A DNA stretch of 63,966 nucleotides, the filler included, from Octopus bimaculoides (taxonomy: Eukaryota): the NCBI RefSeq assembly GCF_001194135.2. It is 7 parts of 7 records of this genome, joined end to end, with 100 filler letters (N's around TTAATTAATTAA, not from the genome) between each part and the next. Parts side by side here need not be neighbours in the genome. Positions count along the whole stretch, not along the records: positions 10,085 to 37,143 come from NC_068983.1; positions 37,244 to 41,607 come from NC_069002.1; 5 more parts are not named here. One strand, written 5' to 3'. The notes under the pieces were generated by a model. The model saw only the letters and a program-made list of their open reading frames with translations. It searched no databases and was not told the origin of the DNA. A program made the position numbers and the translations under genes. Positions 27,023-38,569 of this stretch are shown one piece after another. How positions within the stretch are numbered: the first letter of the stretch is position 1; each line of letters starts with the position of its first letter.

Positions 27023-27263
27023 GGGTGGATTGATGAATGGTAAGGGATAGGACATATTGTATTATACTATTTAGTTACGGACATTTTTGTTCTGAGTTCA
27101 AATCCCGCCAACGTTGACTTAAGATCGATAAATTTAATCGATTGTAACCTCAGCAGATGATCGATTTGTAGAAACGTTTAGAGCATCCGGTAAATGTGAA
27201 ATAAAATAACAGAAAACCGCAGTTTAATCTCTGTTTCGTTCTTCGTAATATTTGTCATGTATA

Positions 27264-27495
27264 ATGCGGCGAGCTGGTAGAATCGTTAGCACACTGGACA
27301 AAAAGCTTAGCGGCATTTCGCCCGTCTTTACGTTTTGAGTCCAAGTTCTGCTGAGCTTGACTTTGCCTTTTATCCTTTCGGTGACAATAAAATAAGTACC
27401 AGTTGAACACTGGGGTCAATGTAATCGACTGTCCCACTCCCACCGAAATTGTTGACCTTGAGCCAAAATTTGAAATCAATATTTGTCAGGTATAT
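27264..27495 (+). mobile_element. SINE family A copy with ~16-bp TSD
   Basis: Flanked by AATATTTGTCATGTAT and AATATTTGTCAGGTAT. Confidence 0.88.
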
Positions 27496-27569
27496 GTGCA
27501 AGGGCAGGAATTGACCTGACGAATCTTTAGTTCACATCGGGTTCTGATGGTGTTATGTTAAAGAATTTT

Positions 27570-27777
27570 TTTTTTTTTTTACTTGTTTCAGTCATTTGAC
27601 TGCTGTCATGCTGAGCCATCGCCTTGAAGGGTTATAGTCGAACAAATCGACCCCGGGACTTTTTTTAAGCCTGGTGCTTATTCTATCGGTTTTTTGCCGA
27701 ACCGCTTAGTTCAGGAGACGTAAACATACAATCACCGGTCATCAAGCAGGGGGGAACAAACACAGACTAAAACACAC

Positions 27778-27840
<63 letters not shown>
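27570..27840 (-). mobile_element. SINE family B 3' half
   Basis: Family tail running into the internal (TG)n tract. Confidence 0.85.
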
Positions 27841-27842
27841 AA

Positions 27843-29423
27843 CTAGCAAATGCACCCGTCCTTTGGACAGTGTAATTATTATAACGTGCACTCCTGTGGA
27901 CGGTATAAGTTGAATTAGCTCGCAGTTAGAAGTCGTTTCAAGTTGATAAGCGTAAAATGTATAATTACCATTTCTGTTAGCAGTTTATGATATAGTATTA
28001 AGAAACTTAGGTAATGATTAAATTTTTTTGAATACAAATTTGGCAGTTTAGTAATAAATGATATTCCATGAAATGGGATCGCAATTGCAATAGGCATTAG
28101 AGATCCTATATCTTATTTGAAGTGTTTTGTATCATGTGCGTATTTTTCTCGTAATACCAAACAACCGTATTGAAGCTTTCTTTTCAATGAAAGTCATGTA
28201 TGGTAAAGAAAAGCAGACATTCATAGCAAACACACAAAGAGAATAATGGCATGTACAAAATAAATGCCAGAGCATGCTTATAAGCGGACAGCGTGCGTGA
28301 AGTTAGAAGGGTCATTGAAGGTAATGTACTGTTAACAGCAATCAAGGGAATGAAGCAAAATATCAATGAAATGCTTGCAGGAAGTGTGATTGCTAACAGT
28401 TACAGTTTGGTGTAGATGTGAAGAATGCAGTAGAGGAATAACTACTATAGTGCTGCTTTGTCGACGACATTCTTTGTTTTTCCTTCAAAAGCGTAGATGA
28501 ATAAGTTGTCTGGATGGCCAACTCTGGAACAACCGACGTAGAACTGTCCATGTGAAAAGCACGATGTTCGAAGGTCCTATCCAACAGCTTTCAGCGACTG
28601 ACCTTGTGCTTTATTAATTGTCATGGCGAAGCTGAGTTTCAGAGGGAACTGAAATCTTTACATAATGTAGGGACAGTCTGTTGGGGTTAGTGGAATTTTC
28701 GGAATGAAAACGGTATCGTTTTTGCCGTATCCTGTAATAATTTGGGCTTCAATGACCTGGTCCATCATTTGTTTGACCACAAGGCGAGTTCCATTGCATA
28801 GTGTGGGTGCGTTTAGATTGCGTAGGAGGATGACAGGGCAACCGAGTTTTAAGTGAAGTTTATGGAGAGGGAGTCCTGGAGGATCTTGGGAGTTGAGAAA
28901 TTCTGTTGGAAATTGTGTAACCTATCGAGGTGTCAACTGATCTGTAACAACGTTCTTGAGAAGGTAGCTGACTAAGTCGTAGTTAAGAGTGTTGACAGCT
29001 GCATTTGTAGGTGCAAGAACAGCCCTGTCACAAAGTCAATCTGGTTTTATGTATTCCGTTGTAAGATTTTGGTAAACGGTAGAACATAAGTCATTAGGGC
29101 TGGATTCAGTGTGGCCAATGGTGGTAGTGTCAATGTATCCGTTGTCATCGGACGTAATTTGTCCATTGCCGATTTTAAAGAGTATTTCTGAAAACTGGGC
29201 TGTAGGCTGACCAGTCTGTAGGATTGATCGCATGTTGATGGTGAGTTGTTTCGATTGGAGAGTGATATCAAATGAAATGTACATTTTCAGCCACAGAAAT
29301 AAGCAAATAAAAAAGTTTTACGGAATTTACCGAACGCTGTATGGTAACAGCTCAGCTCATTGTCTGCAATCTACTGTTTGAGTTTGTGGATGTTGTAGAA
29401 TGTTTCTCTGAGAATGAGGTGTT

Positions 29424-29477
<54 letters not shown>

Positions 29478-29712
29478 GCACCTTCCGGTGTAAGGGAGAC
29501 AATCAATTTCTGGCCGTTTCTGGCCCCATTACTCTATATTACTCCATAAGTGACAAATCTAAACAGTGTAGAACCTTCTGTGGAACATAAGTGATATATT
29601 TGCAAAACATGAACAAAATCGGATGAGAAATATTGATATTATGTGGGATCAAACTAATGTTTGGTCATACAAATATGCACACACACACATCTTTCGTCTT
29701 ATATATTATAGA
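27843..29712 (-). mobile_element. Internally deleted Helitron
   Basis: On the minus strand: 5' A|TCTATAATATATAAG at 29712; 3' degenerate hairpin (CTGTCC-AAA-GGACGG) then CTAG|T at 27843; encloses a helicase fragment on the same strand. Confidence 0.85.
28445..29284 (-). pseudogene. Helitron RepHel PIF1-like helicase, C-terminal half
   Basis: LCDRAVLAPTN; FPTEFLNSQDPPGLPLHKLHLKLGCPVILLRNLNAPTLCNGTRL; FQFPLKLSFAMTINKAQGQSL; FSHGQFYVGCSRV. Several stops and a frameshift. Confidence 0.95.
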
Positions 29713-29719
29713 TAGACAG

Positions 29720-29910
29720 TTGATTAAAAAAAACACAGAGAAAAAGAAAAAAACAAAGTTTGGACGCGGAACAAGCAATTTAATAATAAGATGCTCAGAG
29801 AAAGAAAAGAGTAGAAGTTTTACGTTTCGAGCATAGCTCTTCTTCGGAAACAAGAAGAAACAAGAGAGTGCAAGACGAAGGAGAGAAAAAAATCGCCAAC
29901 AATTACGTGC
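29720..29910 (-). mobile_element. Penelope-like pseudo-LTR fragment
   Basis: Hammerhead motif followed by a pyrimidine-rich tract; similar to 35590-35710. Confidence 0.65.
29817..29851 (-). ncRNA. Minimal type I hammerhead ribozyme motif (U4C core variant)
   Basis: GTTT CCGAAGA A GAGC-TAT-GCTC GAA ACGT A AAAC: stem I 4 bp, stem II 4 bp, palindromic ACGT stem III, GUA cleavage triplet. Confidence 0.65.
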
Positions 29911-29964
29911 AATTACATTTATATATGCAATGCGCAGTTACATTTATATATGCAACGCGCAGTT

Positions 29965-30116
29965 ACATATATATACGACGGGCTTCTTTCAGTTTCCGTA
30001 CACCAAATCCTCTCACAAAGCTATTATAGAAGACACTTGCCCAAGGTGCCACGCAGTAGGACTGAACCAGAAACCATGTGGTTGTGAAGGGAGTTTCTTA
30101 CCACACAGCCACGCCT
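29965..30116 (-). mobile_element. SINE family B 5' half (tRNA head and CORE)
   Basis: CACTTGCCCAAGGTGCCACGCAG..CTGAACC..ACCACACAGCCAC. Confidence 0.88.
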
Positions 30117-30319
30117 AGATTGTAGTCTTGTTTTTTGTTGTTTTTTGTTTTGTTTTTAAGAAAACCAAAGTAAACGTAAATGAAAGAAAGAATTTCACAG
30201 TTCATCGATGACTGAAGGAATACTTTGTGAATGAGAAAGATGAAAGGAATGAACGACAGAAGGGAGTTTAGGGTGGGGGAGAAGAAACTAGAACGGGGAC
30301 ATAAAGAAAGCATTGGATA

Positions 30320-30351
30320 TTAGAGAGAAAGAGCCAGAGAGAGAGAGAGAC

Positions 30352-30396
<45 letters not shown>

Positions 30397-30530
30397 GACA
30401 GACTGACAGACAGACAATCAGACAGAGACAGAGACAGGCAGAGGCAAAGAGTGAGAGAGGTGGAGACTGGAAGTTAGAGAGAAAATTAAGAAATATAGAA
30501 AAAATGGAAGGAAGGAAGGAAGGAAGGAGG
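30320..30530. repeat. (AG)n/(ACAG)n/(AAGG)n tracts
   Basis: Direct reading. Confidence 0.9.
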
Positions 30531-30829
30531 CGGTCAATATTGTGGATATGTTGTGATAAAAAAGGTATCTTTTCACTTGACTGTATGGTCCATTGGCCAA
30601 TGTATATAAAAGAGTATTTTTTGTTTTTGTTCTTGTGTGTATGTTCAGAGAGCCGTTGTGATGTTTGTTTCGTCAGCTGCACAATATAACTCACTAACCA
30701 CCTTACCTCTACCTACCTACTCATATACACATAGACATTCACATCCACATGCACACACTGACGTCGGCATTGTTGTCACCACTACTACTATCGCCAAACA
30801 TAACAGCGATTTACCACCAGCGTTGAAAT

Positions 30830-31060
30830 CACCACCACCACCATCGCTATACCACCACCACCACCACCACCCCCATCACCACCACCATCACCATCACCAT
30901 CATCACCACCACTACCACCATCACCACCACTACCACCATCAACACCACCACCACCACCACCATCATCACCACAACCATCACCACCACCACCACCACCACC
31001 ACCACCACCACCACCACCATCATCACCACAACCATCACCACCACCACCACCACCACCACC

Positions 31061-31094
<34 letters not shown>

Positions 31095-31300
31095 AACTAC
31101 TCCTACTACTACCACAACCACTACTTCTACTACACACCACCACTACTACTATTACTACTTATATTACTACTTTTACTACTACTACTACTACTATTACTTG
31201 TACTACTACTTCTACTACTACTATTACTACTACTTATACTACAACTTCTATTATTTTTACTACTACTACTGCTGCTGCTGCTACTATTGTCGTCGCCATC
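30830..31300. repeat. (CAC/CAT)n then (TAC)n compound microsatellite
   Basis: Direct reading; accounts for the poly-His, poly-Val and poly-Tyr ORFs. Confidence 0.95.
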
Positions 31301-31949
31301 ACTGTCACTACGTCAACTCAAAGTTAAATGGTTTCCCGTCGGTTTACATGATGAATATTTCGTTGTCAGATCAACTGAACTTCTTTCTACTCATTAAAGA
31401 AGCGTGTAGCTGAGTATTAGGCACATGCGAGCGCGCGTGCGTGTGTACTCCTTAATGTAAAATCTCGTGTAGAATTAGCGTTATGCAATGTACCGTCTTG
31501 TATGGTTGAGTATTCCACAGACATATGTACCCTTAATGTAATTCTCGGACAGAATCAATGTGACATGTTGCGTAACAAGATTTGACTTTTAAATTGTTAT
31601 TCGAAGATCAAGACAACAAAGATTTCGTTAACCTTACGTGCTTCCTCATTATAATAAACCGAGCTTTTAACCATTCGGCCATGTTGCATTGATCACAACA
31701 TACCACAACAAATTACACTGCAACACATCTTCCGACTCTACTACTGTTCCCAACACAGTCTTTACCAGCCTACAAGTAAGGCCGTCACTTTTCTTAGAGC
31801 TAGAGAGAAGTCCAACTCACAGAAACTTCAGCGTTTATGCCTGCTTTTCATAGTTCCCGACTAGTAACTAAGAATGGATTTCGTGGAACAATTGAAGTTC
31901 CCAGATCACAAGGTACCAACAACACTCTGCCCAGACATTCTCTTTTACA

Positions 31950-32346
31950 CTTTTTTTTTACTTGTTTCAGTCATTTGACTGCGGCCATGCTGGAGCACCG
32001 CCTTTAGTCGAGCAAATCGACCCCAGGACTTATTCTTTGTAAGCCTAGTACTTATTCTCTCAGTCTCTTTTGCCGAACTGCTATGTTACGGGGACGTAAA
32101 CACACCAGCATCGGTTGTCAAGCGATGTTGAGGGGGAGGACACACAGACACACAAACACACATATATGTATATACATATACATATATACGACGGGCTTCT
32201 TTCAGTTTCAGTCTACCAAATCCACTCACAAGGCTTTGGTCGGCCCGAGGCTATAGTAGAAGACACTTGCCCAAGGTGCCACGCAGTGGGACTGAACCTG
32301 GAACCATGTGGTTGGTAAGCAAGCTACTTACCACACAGCCACTCCT
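31950..32346 (-). mobile_element. Near-complete SINE family B (CORE-type)
   Basis: Head AGGAGTGGCTGTGTGGTAAG, B-box GGTTCAGTCCC, CORE-like GGCACCTTGGGCAAGTG, internal microsatellite, A-rich tail. Confidence 0.92.
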
Positions 32347-32349
32347 AGT

Positions 32350-32765
32350 GATCTTTTCAAATTCCAACAGGTGATCATGTGGAAACTGATTGTGCCATAG
32401 AGGAGTCTCATGAGAAGTTTGTTGAATACTAGGAGCTGGTGAAGCAGTGTAGAAACCACGGCTTGCAGACACGGTGCAAGGCAATTGAAGTGGGCTGCTC
32501 GGGTTCATTCTGCAAATCTGTACGGAACTTGGAGTTACTGGTGTTGCTAAGAGGAGGGCCATAAATTTCATTACTGAAGCAGAAGTGAAGGCCACCTAGT
32601 GGCTTGGGATAAATAGGGCAGACCAGTGTTTTGCTGCTACTGGGAGACAACTCGATCAACCCCGGCTGAGTCAAGTGAGGTAGGGAGTCTGATGCTAAAA
32701 AAGCCGAAGCCCTTAAGACCCCTCAGAAGCATCATTGATGATGCATTCCAGAGCATCTGTGTGAC
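32350..32765 (+). mobile_element. HERO/R2-like non-LTR 3' fragment (restriction-like endonuclease and 3'UTR)
   Basis: VIMWKLIVP*(EE)SHEKFVEY*ELVKQCRNHGLQTRCKAIEVGCSG matches the ELTVPWE..E..K..KY..L...C...G.....IEVG pattern. Confidence 0.8.
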
Positions 32766-34064
32766 GTATCTTGGAACTATTTATTTTCGAAAATTTTTGT
32801 AAATGTCTGAAAGTAATAATACTATTTTTCTCGGTTCTTTATCATATTTCACTACTTTAGAAGTTTCGATATTTCTTTAAAAGTTAAGAAAGGGAACATA
32901 GATCAATGTAATTCTCTATATGTAAAAAAAATAATGAGATATACGCATAATCTAGAAGAGAACTGCTCAGTATAAGATAATGCAACTTAAAAAGACAGTC
33001 TGACCACGGATGGAATATTTAAATCATAAGCCTACTCGATCAAAACTTACCAAACGATTACCAAACGATAAACAACAATATGAATTAATGAGGGTATATA
33101 GAAACTCGGCTAGCTAGAAATAGCAACTAATATCTTTCAAATCACATCCTATCGTTTCAAAATTTATTTAAACATTTGATAATGTGGTTCTATCCTTTGT
33201 ACTAACACTCTTATTTTTATATCAGTGATTTTTTTAAAAAAAATTATCATTTAATCACGCGGGAGAGTAGTGCTCCTGACCTTTCACAAGGCTTTCTAGA
33301 CAGCTGGGAAGGGAGAAAAATAGCCTGAAATAGGAGATCTGGCACGAATGCACGTAACAGAATTAACTCCACTAAAGGTAACCAAGATGCAAAGTAAACA
33401 GAGCAAGGGGTTTGGTTTATCACTCATGGTGGACCATAGCGGGATTTGGTCTCAGATCTCAAACAACTGGAACAAAATACCACATATCATCCCGTCCGAC
33501 GTTCTTACAGTTCAGCCAATTTACCGCTCTGGACTAGAACTTCTTTATGGACCAGGAAAAAGATAAAAAGCAATGTATCACACCTTTTTTAAGATATTTC
33601 TTTACCAATCAAATGTCTCACGAATAGAATAAATGTTGTCTATAAAAGATTATGTCTTCGATTTCATATCATAGTAAAGTTCTACATACGTGAACCACAA
33701 CAGAATACTGTTACAGGTTTCTTTTGACAAGAACTATATCGAAAATAAATAGAGCCATAACAGCAACAGCAACAATCGCAGCAGGACCAGCAGCAATCTC
33801 AACTGCTTTTGTTGTGTTCGTTGTTTTGCAAAGAGTATGATGGTCACGATAGGGTTAGATTCGATACGTCTATATACTACAGCTCACCTTATATTCACAA
33901 CCGTCTCCCTTACGCCTATCCATCACTACCACCGCCATTGTCACTGCCTTTTCTACCCTCACTGCTATCCCCCATTTTACCACAACAACAATAGCAACAA
34001 TAATAGCAATCAGATCAAGCCAAAGTCACTCCAAACAAAACACCGACCGATGAAAATAAGGCAT

Positions 34065-34131
<67 letters not shown>

Positions 34132-34479
34132 GAGAAGATAATGAATTAACAGATAGATAGATAGATAGATAGATAGACTGACAATAAAATCGGTAGTAGA
34201 AGGGAGATGGAGAGAAGAGGAAGTGATAAACCATTATTTCAAACTGACCAGCCAAGCATGGCCGATTGTTTACATTAATACGACAAATTGTGTAGCAGCG
34301 ATCTAGCAAGTAGTTTTATGTGAACAGAATGCTTCAGACAAGAGATTTCACAGAGGGTTCGTTTTTCTTTCATTTCTTTATTCTCTTTCAACCGATCTCT
34401 TTGTAAACCCCCGATATTTTTTGTAATGTCACCTCAATAGTCGCCCTTGTGGCAATAATAAAGAATATCGCGTCGAACA

Positions 34480-34800
34480 AAATGCTTAGCGGCATTTCTT
34501 TCGGCTTTATGTTCAGAGTTCAAATTCCGCCGAGGTCAACTTAGCGTTGCAGATTCCGAGGTCGATAAAATAAGTACCAGTTGAATAATCGACTGGTATC
34601 TTCACCCAAAATTTCAGGCCGGTAGAATCGTTTGTGCATTGGACGAAATGCTGCAAAGCATTTTGTACGTCTTTACGTTCTGAGTTCAAATTCCGCCGAG
34701 GTTGACTTTGCCTCTCATCCTTTCGTGGTCGATGAAATACTGAGGCCGATGTAATCGACTGTCCTCTTCCCCAAAAATTTTAGGCCTAATACCTAGAACA
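34480..34800 (+). mobile_element. Two partial SINE family A copies in tandem
   Basis: GTTCAAATTCCGCCGAGGT occurs twice. Confidence 0.8.
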
Positions 34801-35023
34801 GAAACTGAGCAACGACCTTTTCCAACTACCGCTTTTTCGAAATGTCCTGAAGAAAGGGTCTTCACCCCAAAATATAGAAATACAAGGTAAGACTGTAACT
34901 TTATTCTGTTTTCCTTTCCTTTTGTAGTTTCCTTTCTACCTTCTCGCATTGTTCCGGCCTTATACAACCTTCTTTAAAGTTATACTTAACAATGCTTCAT
35001 CAAAAATACCTCATTATTGTTAT

Positions 35024-35074
<51 letters not shown>

Positions 35075-35409
35075 AAATTCTTCTTTTGTAATTTCATGCA
35101 AGTTCCTACTGCAAAACCCAGTGCACTTCCGTGTTCCTGAGGTGTGTGCGACATTGTGTTCTTATTTCTGTGTAGATTGGAGGAGTGTTGACTCCTTCTG
35201 TTAGTGTATTGTTCCAGCTTGAAATAAGCCTGGATTTTTTGTTTGTTTGTTATATTAGTGTGCTCTGTTGTGTGAGGTACGTGTCATGTGAGCTGTGTTA
35301 TATTATTGAGCCTTAATCTTGAGTAGCGTGTTGGGTAAGTTGTGTTTTGTTTTTTACTATTAAATGCCTGTTGTACACGCTGTGCTCTGTGTGTGTGTGT
35401 GTGTGTGTA

Positions 35410-35460
<51 letters not shown>

Positions 35461-35589
35461 TGTTCTATTTGATCTATGCCGTTGAACTGATAGTCTTTCG
35501 CATGGTGTGGGTTGTTCCGAACAAAGCTGTTTTCGGAGCAGTGTGTAGTGTTGTGAGTCAAATCAAATACACAAACATTAAAAATAAAC

Positions 35590-35710
35590 AAGAGGACATG
35601 CACATGGAATATATTAGTTTGACTCTCAGTAAAAAGAGAGAGTTCTTGACGTTTCGAAGATCTATCTTCGTCGGAAAGGAAAAACAGAAAAAGGAAAAGT
35701 CCAAAGAAGG
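35590..35710 (-). mobile_element. Penelope-like pseudo-LTR fragment with a degenerate hammerhead
   Basis: TTT CCGACGA ... GAAACGTC AAG at 35645-35677; stem II poorly paired. Confidence 0.55.
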
Positions 35711-35719
35711 AAATAGAAT

Positions 35720-36060
35720 CACCAACAGCACGTCTATAGTTATACATTACAGTAGTGTTGTGAGCGCTGGTGTGGCTGCAATATTTATTTTCATATTTCT
35801 TTTAACCGTGCCTAATGTTCCAATTTCTGATGGTACCATTTTCATCCTCACGCCCTGCATCTTCAATACTTAAATTTCAATATCCTTGTATTTTGACAGT
35901 TTCCCGATCTTCCGGGCAATATTTTCAGCAGAAGGGATTGTGATGTCTATCAATGTACATATGACTTTTGTTTTCCCTTTTTTAATTGTATCCGAACGGT
36001 TCACCTTGATCTCTTTGTTAGTTTTGATGGGCATATCGCAGATTATTCTGACAACGCCGT
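35720..36060 (-). mobile_element. R4/Dong LINE endonuclease fragment
   Basis: CDMPIKTNKEIKVNRSD...ICTLIDITIPSAENIARK...KLSKYKDIEI...KMVP..IGTLGTVK. Confidence 0.85.
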
Positions 36061-36064
36061 GGTC

Positions 36065-36273
36065 ATGTACCATATTAGGTCTAGCACAATCATTAGCACG
36101 CCAGGCAAAATGCTTTCCGGCATTTCGTCCGTCTTTACGTTCCGGGTTCAAATGTAACCGAGGTCAATTTTTCTTTTTCATTTTTTTCTGGGTTCGACAA
36201 AATAAGTACCAGCTGAGCATTAGGATCAAGGTAATCGATTCCCCAACCCTCAAATTTGCTGGCATTGAGCCAG

Positions 36274-36339
<66 letters not shown>

Positions 36340-36555
36340 TCGGGGTCGATAAATTAAGTACCAGTGAAACACTGGGTCGACGTAATCGATTCATCCCTCC
36401 TCCAAAATGGCTGCACTTGTTGCAACATTTGAAACCATTATTTTTATCAGTGTATAAGGTGGTGAGCTGAGAGAATCGTTAGCACGCCGGGTGAAATGCT
36501 TAGCAGCTTTTCTTCTGTTTGCACATTCTGAGTTGAAATTCTGTCAAGGTTGACT
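36065..36555 (+). mobile_element. SINE family A cluster with a long (ATT)n
   Basis: One copy, an (ATT)n tract, a tail piece, then a new head. Confidence 0.8.
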
Positions 36556-36873
36556 CAAAAGGTCCCTGAATAAGGTTTGTTTAATTCACCATGTTTCCAA
36601 AGGTGAATTATTCAAACCCCAAAGAATTCCTCTCAACACATGGCTATGATGCTCCCCCACTACTTCTGCTCATGATCAGAGATGCACATATCGTCAGCCA
36701 CCAAGGAACATGCTCAACTGGTTAAGGTCAAACAACTGACAAGCAAATATGTGGTATTAAGCAGAATATTTGCTGTAACCCTTCTTTTATACCAAGACAA
36801 AACAATGTACATGATAACACTTCCAATCAATTAAGATCAGAAGCCATAAGAGCCACTTCCTGGTACTGCATCT

Positions 36874-36984
36874 ATTATTATCATTATTATTATTATTATT
36901 ATTATTATTCAAGTCACTGCCTGGAATCGAGCACGGAATCTTGGGATTAGTAGCCCGCGCTCTTAACCACTACGCTATATGCCC
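36874..36984 (-). mobile_element. Short tRNA-derived unit with (TAA)n tail
   Basis: GGGGCATATAGCGTAGTGGTTAAGAGCG (A box) ... GCTCGATTCC (B-box-like) ... then TAA repeats; not a foldable intact tRNA. Confidence 0.75.
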
Positions 36985-36987
36985 CAA

Positions 36988-37033
36988 GACACCTGATGAA
37001 GGTTGGAGGGTATATCAGCCGAAACGTAGTGTT
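36988..37033 (+). ncRNA. Minimal type I hammerhead ribozyme with canonical core
   Basis: GACAC CTGATGA A GGTTG-(10 nt)-CAGCC GAA ACGT A GTGTT: stems I and II 5 bp each (with G-U pairs), palindromic stem III, GUA site. Confidence 0.8.
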
Positions 37034-37242
37034 AACGACGAACAACATGAGGACAAATATCCGTCAAATGTAAATAATGTACTTCATTACGATGTTTGTA
37101 AAACTTTTTCGACCGCGCATGTCCACACACACACACACATACANNNNNNNNNNNNNNNNNNNNNNNNNNNNNNNNNNNNNNNNNNNNTTAATTAATTAAN
37201 NNNNNNNNNNNNNNNNNNNNNNNNNNNNNNNNNNNNNNNNNN

Positions 37243-37243
37243 N

Positions 37244-37302
<59 letters not shown>

Positions 37303-37486
37303 TAGAGAGAGAGAGTCCAATAATTTGTAACCCTGCTATATATAAGCAAACTTCTGATGCAAATGGACAGATTGCAGTCAATGTATAGATTGCTTGTCTT
37401 AAAACACCGTGTATACATTCGTATACACACACACTCACACACACTCACACACACACACACATATACGTACGTATATATATACATAC

Positions 37487-37525
<39 letters not shown>

Positions 37526-37700
37526 CACTCACACACATATGTATATATACACACATAAACATATAATTGTATATATAAATATATATACATGGGTATGCAT
37601 ACCTACGTATAATTATATAAACGTACGTAATATACTTACATATTTACATACACACAATACATACATACCTACACATATATATACATATATTTACATATGT

Positions 37701-37763
<63 letters not shown>

Positions 37764-37800
37764 CTTACATACGTACGTACATACACACACATATACATAC
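37243..37800. repeat. (AG)n, (CA)n and (TA)n microsatellite field
   Basis: Direct reading; a similar field lies at 38300-38740. Confidence 0.95.
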
Positions 37801-38304
37801 ATTTATTCTATCACTTTGAACAATGTTACAAAGTAACATTTATTTCCGTTTTTTTTCTTTAATTTTTACGTCCTTTTATAATTTTTCCTCACTTTTTATA
37901 GATTAAAAAAAATAAATTTACAACCTTATGTCTGTTTTCGTTTAATTGTTCCTCTTTATCGTTTAGTTGTCTGTTCTCTTGTGTATTTTTTGGCTATTTG
38001 TACATGGTTATCATTGTTGTGATATATGAAGTTGTTGTGGTTGTTAGTAGTGGTGTTGCTGTTGTTGTTGGTGGTGGTCGTGTGTTTTTGTGTATTTATG
38101 TGTATTTGTGTGTGTGTTTCTATTGTTTTCTGTGTATGTGTCTCGACGTGTTGGTCTTGTATGGAAGCGAGTTTAATCGTTTCCGGTGTTTATGGTCGAG
38201 GACCTCTCAAACAAAACAAAACAAAACACAAACCCAGCCAAAAATCTTTAGTTTTTTTTTACGTCATTTGCCTTCCGTACATACATTATCGTTAAGTCTT
38301 CGTT

Positions 38305-38343
<39 letters not shown>

Positions 38344-38493
38344 CACAAAGCCACACACACATGCACGCATACACACACATATATTAACATATATGAATAT
38401 AGCCTATATATGTATGTGTACATACATACGTACATACACACAGACATATATACATACACAAACAGATACGTATATACATATTTACATACATAC

Positions 38494-38569
<76 letters not shown>

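Noticed and set aside
33348-33566. 72-aa plus-strand ORF
   Set aside because: Overlaps a degenerate SINE head on the minus strand.
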